Positions 53,459 through 64,000 of a stretch of 64,000 nt of DNA are shown here, one piece after another. The DNA lies in NCBI RefSeq assembly GCF_006345805.1, contig NC_042997.1:189162001-189226000 (forward strand). The letters are read 5' to 3'. The stretch is from Octopus sinensis. Taxonomy: Eukaryota. The notes beneath the pieces are model-generated. The model was given only the letters and a program-made list of their open reading frames with translations, had not been told where the DNA came from and did no database searches. The translations under genes and the position numbers were made by a program. The first letter of the stretch is position 1, and each line of letters begins with the position of its first letter.

Positions 53459-53672
53459 AATTACCATTATTTTTCTTCCATTTTAATGCATTTTTTCGCT
53501 ATTATATAAGGGAAGTAACTCTCTAAAAATGTCTACGATGAGTCAGCGATTTAAAAAAAAATTTACCATAATTTTTTTTCCATTTTTAATGCATTTTTGG
53601 GCTATAACTCTCTAAAAATGCTTTATAGTTATTTCCCTTACAAACCCGAGCAACGCCGGGCGATACCGCTAG
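53459..53672 (+). mobile_element. Helitron 3' half, same family as 52409-52773, opposite orientation
   Basis: CCCGAGCAACGCCGGG hairpin and terminal CTAG|T at 53669-53673; internal sequence is the reverse complement of ~52430-52600. Confidence 0.82.
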
Positions 53673-54179
53673 TTCATGAATAAAGTAAAAACGAGCCCAG
53701 AGTGGGCCGGGATCGTGTAATCACTAAGAGGGACGGTGGGAATTGAAACAAAAAGGAACATGTCCCTGCAAATAGAAGCAGGAGTACAATGGGACGAGAG
53801 AGGAAATGCAATGAATGTAGAAGTGACATTTCCAAGAAGCAGGGTGTGTCTTACTGTTATTGTACCACTTAAAAGAAGCACTTGAAGACATTTCTCCAGG
53901 ATAAGATCAAGCGTTACGATGTATAATGATACAGCAAACGATACACACTCAGATCAAATTGATCACTTTCCTAATAGACAGTTATAAGTAGAGTCTAGTT
54001 ACTTGTTTTGACATTTCGGGATATATACTTACACCTCGAGTATATACTTAATACTTAATTTTGCTGACGGATACACTCGCTTCCTTCTCAAAAGAAAAGG
54101 AGCAAGGGGTAAAAATGAAAAGACTCTTTTACTGGTCATGAAAGGCATATATACATATATATATATATATATATAAATA

Positions 54180-54240
<61 letters not shown>

Positions 54241-54242
<2 letters not shown>

Positions 54243-54850
54243 TGCCCTGATGCAGTACATAATTGCCCTGATGCAGTACTAATTGCCCTGATGCAGTAAT
54301 AATTGCCCTGATGCATACCAGGCAGTGGCTCACATGGCTTCTGATCTTAACTGATTGAAGTATTATCATGTACATTGTTTTGTCTTGGTATAAAAGATGG
54401 GCTACAGCAAATATTCTGCTCAATACCACAGATTTGTTTGTCAGTTGGTTTGACCTTAACCAGTTAGCATGTCCCTTAGTGGCTGACGATATGTGCATCT
54501 CTGATCATGAGCAGAAGTAGTGGGGGAGCATCATAGCCATTTGGTTGAGAGGATTTTTGGGTTTGAATAGTTCACCTCTGGAAACATGGGTGGTTCTTTC
54601 AACATCCTTAAACAACCCTTATTCAGGAACCGTTTGAGCGGGATGGCTACTCAACCTGAAGAAAATTCTAACTGGGCCCCACCTGCAAGGTCATGTGCTG
54701 TTTATCTTGATATGAGATCACCATGTCGCGCACATATGGTTGTGATGCATGTGGCTAGTGTACCTTTATCAGACGGGTAGTCATGATGGGTATATTGGGC
54801 TTCGTATATTTTACCCCAGTGTCACTTTGATGGCATGAACTGCTCTCTCA
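54241..54850 (+). mobile_element. ~600-bp non-coding retroposon (or LINE 3' UTR) flanked by (AAT)n on both sides
   Basis: 3' end shared with 9155-9240; (AAT)n upstream and downstream; 5' motif ATTGCCCTGATGCA repeated four times. Confidence 0.65.
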
Positions 54851-54904
54851 CTCATAATAATAATAATAATAATAATAATAATATAATGATGATAATAATA
54901 ATAA

Positions 54905-54938
<34 letters not shown>

Positions 54939-54989
54939 TACTACTACTACTACTAATAATAATAATAATAATGATAATAATAATAATAA

Positions 54990-55240
54990 ATGCGCCCTTT
55001 TAAACGCTAGCCAGGCTCATGGGCCCGGTTTCCCGGTTTCTATGGCGTATGTGCTCCCCAGCTGGACGGGACGCTAGTCCATCGCAGCGTTACTCATTTT
55101 TGCAAGCTGAGTGGACTGGAGCAACGTGAAATGAAGTGTTTTGCTCAAGAACACAATGCGTCGCCCGGTCCAGGAATCGAAACCACAATCTTACAATCAT
55201 CATGCTGACACCCTAACACTAAGCTACGCGCACCTCCACT
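54990..55240 (-). mobile_element. tRNA-derived SINE family C
   Basis: Minus strand has a tRNA-like head GGAGGTGCGCGTAGCTTAGTG..GGTTTCGATTCC, a CORE/Deu-like TGTTCTTGAGCAAAACAC segment, a V-domain-like GCGATGGACTAGCGTCCCGTCCAG and an (AAT/TTA)n tail. Confidence 0.75.
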
Positions 55241-55267
55241 GTATATATATATATACATACATATATA

Positions 55268-55338
<71 letters not shown>

Positions 55339-55489
55339 ATATATATGTAATGTTATAAATGTAATGTTATTTCTTCTTGGAAAATCTTTCTGTGGCTATA
55401 CTAGTAACGGAGCTATTTTTAGCACTAGAGCTATCCACATAGTGATAACTCTCTTATAATTTATATATATGTATATATATCAGATCGCC

Positions 55490-55720
55490 ATGTTGATTCG
55501 CTAGCCTCTGCACGCATTTTTTTTCTCTCCTTCTTTCTGTGTTTCTTCTCTGTGTATCTTTCTGTTGAAGAGCGTAGGCTCGAAACGTAAAAGACTTGTT
55601 TTATTTATATTCCTGAGCGCCATACTAATACAATTGTTTGTTTGTATTCCACCTGCCTTCGTCTTTTGTTTATTTCCGTAAACCTGCCTTCGTCTTTTGT
55701 TTATTTTCATAAAGCTTCCC
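55490..55720 (+). mobile_element. (TA)n-flanked Penelope-like module
   Basis: Homologous to 34675-34870; contains CTGTTGA-A-GAGC-GTAG-GCTC-GAAAC-GTA at 55562-55589. Confidence 0.6.
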
Positions 55721-55721
55721 G

Positions 55722-55822
<101 letters not shown>

Positions 55823-56088
55823 ACACACACAATAAAATTCTTGAACATGCATACATATATACGCACATGCACATATATGCATTTATGTGTGTGTACATAC
55901 CTATGGTTGAATGCACTCAGTGCGCGGCAATTGTTCCATTCAGCTTTCGGTTCTTATTGTTTATCGCGTTGAACTCGCACGGGGTCCTGCTCAGTTTAAT
56001 GCCTGAGGATGTGTTTGCTCATGTAAACACTTCCATAGATACATCTATGGATTGCATCTATAGTGTGACACCATCATGTGTTACTCGT

Positions 56089-56123
<35 letters not shown>

Positions 56124-56312
56124 GTATATATATATAGAATACTAATATATATATATATATATATAAAATATGAATTAACGATAACATTTGAGTTGCCTAA
56201 TAGTGGTTTTATCTCTAATTCATATTTTATATATTTATACTGTGAAATTTGATTTAATACTAAAATCTAATTTTTCCCTGTAAGTTTGGAGCTATACTCC
56301 CTATTATTATTA

Positions 56313-56361
<49 letters not shown>

Positions 56362-56671
56362 TATATAAGGCCCTTAGTTGCTTGATAGATTCGTAGGGGC
56401 ACCATCATGATATGTGGCTTATCTTATCCGTTTTAGACCCAGTGAAGCCCATTCCTATCAAGGTCTGACCACACTCAGTTTCTTCAAGATAGAGATATGG
56501 TTTTAGGCGAAAGATTGAGATAAAGTGAAGAATCGACCCCAGTACAGGACTGGTACTTTATTGACTCCGAAAAGATGTGAAATAGAGTTGACCTCAATGG
56601 GATTTGAACTCAGAACCCCAAGACCCGGAATGATTTGACTTTTTTAACAACTCTACTGACTGGCCCCCATA

Positions 56672-56744
<73 letters not shown>

Positions 56745-56901
56745 GTCTGTCTGTCTGTCTGTCTATCTGTATGCATACAAGTGTGAGTGTATATACACAC
56801 GAATCTAGATATGTATGCATATCTGTGCATTTGATAGAGCTTATATATGTATATATATATATATATATGTTTATATATGTGTATGTATGTATGTATGTAT
56901 G

Positions 56902-56960
<59 letters not shown>

Positions 56961-57768
56961 CTTTTTATGTATATATAAAATTCTGTGAGACTGATTCAGC
57001 TAGTTTGTTTGTTTTGAAATACATAACTCCACCAAAGGTGAAAAAAAACAACAACAAAAAAAAGAAATTGGGAACAAAAATGAAAACAATGCTGTGAATG
57101 TTTCAAGGAAAAAGCAAAAAAAATAAATAAATAAAAAAAAATAGGAAGTTCAGGGAAATATTAAGAGAACAAAAATAAAGCAGACCTACAAAATAAAACA
57201 GAAATAAATAGTTTTTCTCTTATCAGCACATTGGTTAATTCTTGACAGCAGTTAAACGAACGGTTGATATTGTTTTTCTTTTGTGCTTTTTAAAAAACCT
57301 ATCGCGAGGTTTTAGCACAGACAGACAGACAGACAGACACACACACACACTATTTAAGTTCTTATCAGTTAGACTCGTTTTTTTAAAAATATATTTTCTT
57401 ATGGCGACTTGATTTGAGACCACAATAACAAAACTACTTTATAATCCCAAGAACAGTTATTTGATATGGAAATAAGTCAGGAGCTGACTTTTAGAAGCTA
57501 GATATGGCTGTGTTTGTTAGAGTTTTGGAGTTAATTTACGATCACGTAACACATGCACATTCTTCCTCTATAATACTCGACTTCCTAAAAATATGAGCCA
57601 AATCTCATTCAAATCAAACCCTATAGAAAGCCGAAGTAACAGTGACAGTCGAAATATCGACCGGAGCTGCTCTGTAGGACCAAAGAAAAACGATTAAATG
57701 TCTCTCACGCCAATGAGAAAAACCTCAATGTTCTTGTTTGAACTTCGAGAAACCTCATTTAGATCTTT

Positions 57769-58000
57769 TCGGCGAGCTGGCAGAATCGTTAGCACGCCGG
57801 GCGAAATGCTTAGCGATATTTCGTCTGCCGCTACGTTTTGAGTTCAAATTCTGCCGAGGTCGACTTTGCCTTTCATCCTTTCGGGGTCGATTAAATAAGT
57901 ACCAGTTACGCACTGGGGTCGATATAATCGGCTTAATCCGTTTATCTGTCCTTGTTTGTCCCCTCTGTGTTTAGCCCCTTGTGGGTAGTAAAGAAATAGG
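57769..58000 (+). mobile_element. SINE family B
   Basis: Family consensus match. Confidence 0.88.
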
Positions 58001-58533
58001 TTTCGTACACGAGATCCGATTCTGCTTTGAAGATTTTTTCACGGATGTAGTTTTTCGTGCTAATTCCAAAAATTATATCCTTTTTCTTGGAGTAATTAAA
58101 AATAAAGAAGCTATGAAAGTTCAAGGATTGAAATTTTTTAAATTTCAGCCACTCAGATGCACACCGGAAGTAGGAATTGTCATTGCAACGAGTCAAATGT
58201 AAACCAGCCACAAGCAAGAAACTGAAAACTATTTTGAGCGACCGAATGGAGAATTTGAGAATTCTGTGGACATTTTGAAAGCGGAGGACAATGCACTGAG
58301 CTAAGGATTTAATAACGAGGAATAGACTTTGTTAATAAAACACCAAATGAAGATTTCCATTGTTCGTGAAAAAATAGGTTTCCAAAAAGGTTTGAGGTTA
58401 GCACTCTTCCACTAACAACTCTAGTTGTTTATTTATTGTTGGGTGAAAGAACTAACGACAGTCCGTTTCTGTGCGGAGCTGGTGCAAATGAACCAAAGCA
58501 TCTTGTTGATGATAACAACTACATGAGAGAGAA

Positions 58534-58710
58534 GGCGGCGAGCTGGCAGAAACGTTAGCACGCCGGGCGAAATACTTAGCGGTATTTCGCCTGCCGTTAC
58601 GTTCTGAGTTCAAATTCCGCCGAGGTCGACTTTGCCTTTCATCCTTTCGGGGTCGATTAAATTGTTTGTGCCCTCTATGTTTAGCTCCTTGATGGCAGTA
58701 AAGAAATATA
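58534..58710 (+). mobile_element. SINE family B with internal deletion
   Basis: Head and core are present, then a direct jump to TTGTTTGTGCCCTCTATGTTTAGC. Confidence 0.82.
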
Positions 58711-59538
58711 TAACAACTGCATGGGGGAACGGTGCATAGAGGGCCTAATTTGTAGCCCAGGGTAGATTGGTGATACTGGTACTATCATCGAGATTGGCAA
58801 TCGATTTTCGTTATTAGCACGAAAATTTACACCCGTATAGAAATCTCCCCATTCCGCCAAAAATTGGTTCTGGTATGAAACCAAAAAGATCCTCTCATCT
58901 GCTGCCATAAAAGCATATAATGTAATATAACATATAATGTAATATATTCTTCTATAGCAGTGGGTTTTATCCCAACGAGAATGCTCCATTGAAGATGTAA
59001 AATCAAAGTTGGGAAGCAAATGTCAAGAGGTTCGCTATAGGGACGCTGGTGATCAGGAGGGTTGTGATTTTCCCTAGGATTAAAAGAAAATATGAGGAGG
59101 GCATTGTGTTATCCGTGAGTAGAAATATGACTGATGAAGCACCAAAATCTAATGTAGTTTTGTTATATTAAGCCTTCGACTTTTCTAGTATTTTCCATAA
59201 AATTTAGTACAGAGAACACTCACTAGTCGACATAAATATCTAAGAAAGTAACACTCGTTGGGTGGGACAGTGAAAAAATATGGATAATAAACCACCGCGT
59301 AGTATTAGTTTCTGTTTGATCAAAGGAATGTGGCTTTTTTTTTTAATCGTTGTGTGCAAGACACGGAGCGGTGATGTTTGTAAAATAGTATTCAGTGAAA
59401 GGGAACACAGAGCTTCCAAAGTATGAGAACCACTATATCGGGTAAGAAAGTAAAAGTTTAAAGAGGACGAGATGTTCATGGTTGAAGCTTGAAGCATACT
59501 TCGTCATGGGTCTGATGGATCTGAATTGACCTGGGGTT

Positions 59539-59790
59539 ATGCAGCAGCCGTTCAAGAATTTGGACCTGGAGATCTCCATTTCCAGCGACTTCGAAGGCCA
59601 CCTCCCAGTGGTGTCGGGCGTCAACGAAGAGCCCTCGACTACAACAATACGACCAAAGTTTTTTTTTTTTTTTTACCAAGGTCTGGGGTCTCCCGCCTCT
59701 AAGCCCTAGACCATCACCTAATCACCCTTACCCGTCTTGTTGCTTAACAACAACAACAACAACAACAACAACAGCAGCAGCAACTGGTTC
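59539..59790 (+). other. Candidate exon (possibly a first or coding exon) of an unidentified gene
   Basis: Strong third-position GC bias in the frame MQQPFKNLDLEISISSDFEGHLPVVSGVNEEPST, non-repetitive sequence and a consensus donor GTGAGT at 59791; no homologue recognised. Confidence 0.3.
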
Positions 59791-59864
59791 GTGAGTTTGA
59801 TATGTTTATATTTCTGATTCAAGCTTGAAGCGGGAAATGAAGAGAGTCTTTATGCTATACTTAT

Positions 59865-59968
<104 letters not shown>

Positions 59969-60406
59969 GGGAAATATACTTTCAGGTGGCACGTTAAGAA
60001 TGTAATGTCTGCAATAATTGCAGACGTAAGCTGAAATTTCATCGGTTTATATCGACAAAAGATATGAAGATTTCACCGAATTTGGAATTTATTTCAAGCC
60101 AAGCTGAACCAGTAGTGTCAGAAAAGTAGTGCTTTCTCGTCTCAGTCATGTCTGACAACATTCTGTCGTCTATCACCACCACCACCACCACCACCACACC
60201 ACCGCAGCCACCGCCGCCGCCACTACCACCACCAACAACAACAAAAAGGGGAAAAAAAGGTTGAATAGAATGTAAAGAAGTAAATAAGAAATAGATAATA
60301 AAAGAAAGGAGGAGTGAGAAAATATCAGTATAATTCTGCAGAATTTGAATCCCCACCTCTCTTTTTATCTCTTCCTCCACCCTATTTGTTCTCCTACACA
60401 GACACA

Positions 60407-60450
<44 letters not shown>

Positions 60451-61698
60451 ACACACACACACACGCATACGAATATTTACTTATTTCGGATATACCCTGG
60501 CATACATATAGCAACAAATTACACAAACAAAACAATCTCTCTCTTTCTTTCTTTCTTTCATTCATTCTCTCCCTTCCTCTCTCTCTCCCTCTCTCTCTCT
60601 CTCTCGTTCTTTGTCTGTCTGTCCCTCTCTGTCTCCCTCAAACACACACACACACATAGACTTACATACTCATAGCTGTTCATCATACACACTCTGGCAC
60701 AGAAAGCAGTCCTCCCTCTCTCCTCCCTACGCAGACACGCACACATGGACCTACACCCATAAAAAACTCATACATCGACCCGCACATAAATCCACACACA
60801 TAGACAAACACACACACACATACATCCCACCATCTCCTCCCCCACATCAGACACTAAAGCTTATTCCTTTTGTTGCTTTTCATTGGCAACAGAACCCTTG
60901 ACTGACAGATTTCCTTCAAAGTAAAAACAATTTATTAGTGTTTCAAACAGAGAATAAGCAGCTAGGAGTCTATTAGTAAAAGCAAACTGCATCTGGTTAT
61001 CCTTGGCAGCTAAGAGAACTGGCGCGACCTTTACGTGCCGTGTTCATTCTCGGCGGGTCAACTCTATTTGGTATAGCAATAAACATTGTAGCAGGCGCTA
61101 ACCTCATCGCAAACAGTAAACCCAAACATCTACTCTCGAAGCTACTCAGCTGTGAAGGTTGGATGAGTTTACGAGCATTCATAACAAATTAAGCTACGCA
61201 AGGATAAGAACACACAAGCGCGCACACACGTACGTACACAAGCGCGCACATGCATACAGAGGTACACAACATTACAGACGCAGACACACTTGCATACGTG
61301 CAGGCAGACATAGTTGCATATACGTGCGCAGACAAACGTGGCCACACATACCAGTACACATGCTTACACATACGTACGTGATAATTATGAAGAATTGTTT
61401 TTAAATAGTTTCAATATTGCAAACAGACATTCAGCAACTTGGTGAAAACTTGATGCGCCTTGAAACATTGAGAATTGAACTAGTCAAGACCAGAAACTAA
61501 TTTCATATCAATCAATTGCACCAGAAATAAATTTATATTTTTCTCTGTTAAAAATAAATAATGCTTTCAAATTTCGGCACAAAGCCAGCAATTTTAGGAG
61601 AACGAATAAGTCGATTACATTGACCCTTGTGCTGGATTGGTACTTATTTTATCAACCCCAAAAGGATGAAAGGCCAAGTCAAACTCAGCGGCATTTGA

Positions 61699-61919
61699 CC
61701 CTTTCGTTACTGTATTTATTTTGAGATTCTCTGTATTTCTTTCAATTACTTTAAATGTAACAAAGAATAACCAAGAATAACTTAATTATCATTTCGCTAG
61801 TGTTAGGAACATAAATTGTAACTAAGGTTTGGTAGAAGATTTTAATTCAGAACTTTTGAAAACAAGACATTTGTACTACAGAGCCAGAGGCAGTTTCAGC
61901 TGGGTTGGTTTCAAAAGGG
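61699..61919 (+). mobile_element. piggyBac-type MITE, copy 1
   Basis: Termini CCCTTTCGTTAC..CAAAAGGG; left flank TTGA, right flank TTAA. Confidence 0.8.
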
Positions 61920-61950
61920 TTAAGAATTGTTTCTCTATTATATATCTTAA

Positions 61951-62171
61951 CCCTTTTGTTACCATATTTCTGTTGAGATGTTCTGTGTTTCTTTCAATTA
62001 ATTTTAAATATAACAAAGAATTTAGTAAAATAACTTAGTTATCATTAAACTATTGTTAGGAAGATAAATTGTGACTAAGGTTTGGTGGAAGATTCTAATT
62101 CAAAACTTATGAAAGCAAGACATTTGTACTCAGAGCCATAGCCGGTTTCAGTCGGGTTGGTAACGAAAAGG
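61951..62171 (+). mobile_element. piggyBac-type MITE, copy 2
   Basis: Termini CCCTTTTGTTACC..GGTAACGAAAAGG; left flank TTAA, right flank TTGA; diverged homologue of copy 1. Confidence 0.8.
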
Positions 62172-62345
62172 TTGAGCTCCGAACGCAAAGATGGACGAAG
62201 GCCCTCTAAATATTTTGTCCGGTGTGGTAACGATTCTCACCGTCTTCTATTGAAAATAAGTAATCCTTTCTACTGAAGGCACAAAGCCCGCTATAGGCAC
62301 AAAGCCTGCTATAGGCACAAAGCCTGCTATATTGAGGGAAAACAA

Positions 62346-62738
62346 GGTGGCGAGCTGGTAGAAAGGTTAGCACGCTAACGGTTTTTCATCTGTCTTTACG
62401 TTATGTGTTCAAATTCCGCCAAGGTCGACTTTGCCTTTCATCTTTTTGGGGTCGATAAATTAAGTACCAGTTACGCACTGGGGTCGATGTAATCTGTCCT
62501 TGTTTGTCCCCTCTATGTTTAGCCCCCTTGTGGGCAATAAAGAAATAAGAAACTTTAGCACACTGGGCAAAATGCTTAGCAGTTTTTCATCTGTCTTTAC
62601 GTTCTGAGTTCAAATTCCGCCGAGGTTGACTTTGCCTTTCATCCTTTTGGGGTCGATAAATAAGTTGCGTACTGGGGTCGATCTAATCGACTGGCCCCTC
62701 CCCCAAAATTTCAGGCCTTGTGCCTAGAGAAGAAAAGA
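62346..62738 (+). mobile_element. Dimer of family B SINEs inserted into an older antisense family B SINE
   Basis: 12-bp target-site duplication ATATTGAGGGAA at 62329-62340 and 62739-62750; the host SINE continues on the minus strand to ~62920. Confidence 0.78.
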
Positions 62739-63220
62739 ATATTGAGGGAAGAAGCTAGTCGATTTCATCAACCCCCGTGCTCAACTGGTATTTCATTTAT
62801 CAACTTCGAAATGATTAAAGGAAAACTCGACCGCGGCGGAATTTGAACTCAGAAGACACAAATCAGACGAAATGCTGCGAAGTATTTTGTCCAATGTGGT
62901 AACGATTCTACTTCATCGCCTTCCATTAACAATAAATAATAAAACACAAATTACATATTTCGGAAAGAAGCCCCCAAACAGCGAGTTAGACTTAATACAG
63001 GTCTTAAAACAAGGAAACACAGTTTGGATAACGTATTGACATGCATGCTGTGTGTACGAAAAAAGAAGAAAACACAAAAAAGTTTCTGGTAGGAGCGGAA
63101 ACACTTTTGATGAAAGATCTTTTCAGTCAGTACTGGCTTCGGGCAAAACAACAACGACGACGACGATATATTTATACATACACACACACATACATACCTT
63201 CTTACTCTCCCCCTCTCTCA

Positions 63221-63264
<44 letters not shown>

Positions 63265-63344
63265 AATATATACACGATATGTGCGTGTGTGTGTATATAA
63301 AAAAAATATATATTTAAGTATACACACACATATGCTCTTAGCTT

Positions 63345-63555
63345 AGTTTTTCCTTCGGGCTGGCCAGATTGGAGCAATCTCGAGTATAACCAGCCGAAAT
63401 TGCAAAGACAATCTGGAACTCGACTGAGGAAAGAAAACTCCGAATGATCCCTCCTTGTTTTCTGTGTATCGTCTATCTGGATGTTTTGTTGTCCCTTTTT
63501 TGTATCACCTAACTGTCTGGATGTTTTGCGTTCTTGTCCGATTTTGTATTATATA
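63345..63555 (+). mobile_element. (TA)n-associated Penelope-like terminal module
   Basis: Homologous to 29745-29900 and, more distantly, to 22330-22545. Confidence 0.55.
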
Positions 63556-64000
63556 TATATATATATATAGCAGTGGCGACTCCGGCACTCGGGCTGTTCG
63601 GGTTTAGCCCGAGTATAAATTTAGTAAAATGAACGCGTATTTGCAATCTGATTCAATATCCAACAATACTGAAAGTATGTCTTGTAGCCAATGATTCGGA
63701 CTTCTATTGAGGCTGGTCGCAGTTAATTTATTTTCATTCAGCGTTTGGCGGTCGTCTCAAAGGTACCCTGTGTCAAAAAATATCATTTGTAGCAGACGTT
63801 TTCTCGACATCATTCACATGCGCCTGACTCGGGCTCTGAAGTTACAGCCCGAGTTGGTATCTATAATCTTAAAAATTAAAAGCAGTTCAAATTCAATGTT
63901 TTCTTGAAACAATAAATTTCTGTAGAGTTTAGGATTTAAATTCCAATGTATGAAAAGTTTCCGTTCTACAATATTCTTAAAGGGACGAAAAATTATCCAG

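Larger units (their letters stand above)
61570..62240 (-). mobile_element. SINE family B split by a piggyBac-type insertion
   Basis: ..CTCAGCGGCATTTGA (61698) rejoins GCTCCGAACGCAAAGATGGACGAA (62176), matching the consensus ..GGAATTTGAACTCAGAACGTAA. Confidence 0.82.

Noticed and set aside
58681-59060. 112-aa minus-strand ORF and a possible plus-strand exon QWVLSQRECSIED..
   Set aside because: The ORF runs into a SINE, shows no codon bias and has no recognisable homology.
60148-60264. Short ORF MSDNILSSITTTT..PPQPPPP..KRGKKG
   Set aside because: It is mostly (ACC)n/(CCG)n/(ACA)n triplet repeat; such tracts are common in non-coding DNA here and there is no good donor site.

Overview
AT-rich eukaryotic DNA that is dense in microsatellites and repeats. 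The SINE families, Dong/R4-type, RTE and Tx1 LINE remnants, mariner, Helitron and piggyBac-type MITEs match what I recall of cephalopod (Octopus-like) genomes; this is an inference and no database was searched. No host protein-coding gene can be confidently identified, so the window is most likely intergenic or a large intron, and almost all ORFs in the supplied track are translations of simple repeats. Main content: (1) a ~10-kb array of a 39-bp minisatellite (9725-19670) with nested higher-order repeats; (2) a Tx1/L1-clade retrotransposon present as two tandem 5'-truncated copies in a (TATC)n/(TGTC)n microsatellite, lacking poly(A) tails; (3) Dong/R4-like 3' fragments that mostly sit in (TAA)n tracts, and Penelope-like modules with hammerhead-ribozyme-like cores next to (TA)n tracts; (4) two piggyBac-type MITEs that appear to have moved together as one composite into a TTGA site; (5) long hairpins (an 87-bp near-perfect palindrome and a ~450-bp foldback); (6) more than 25 SINE copies from three families; (7) a few weak exon candidates, the best at ~59480-59790.
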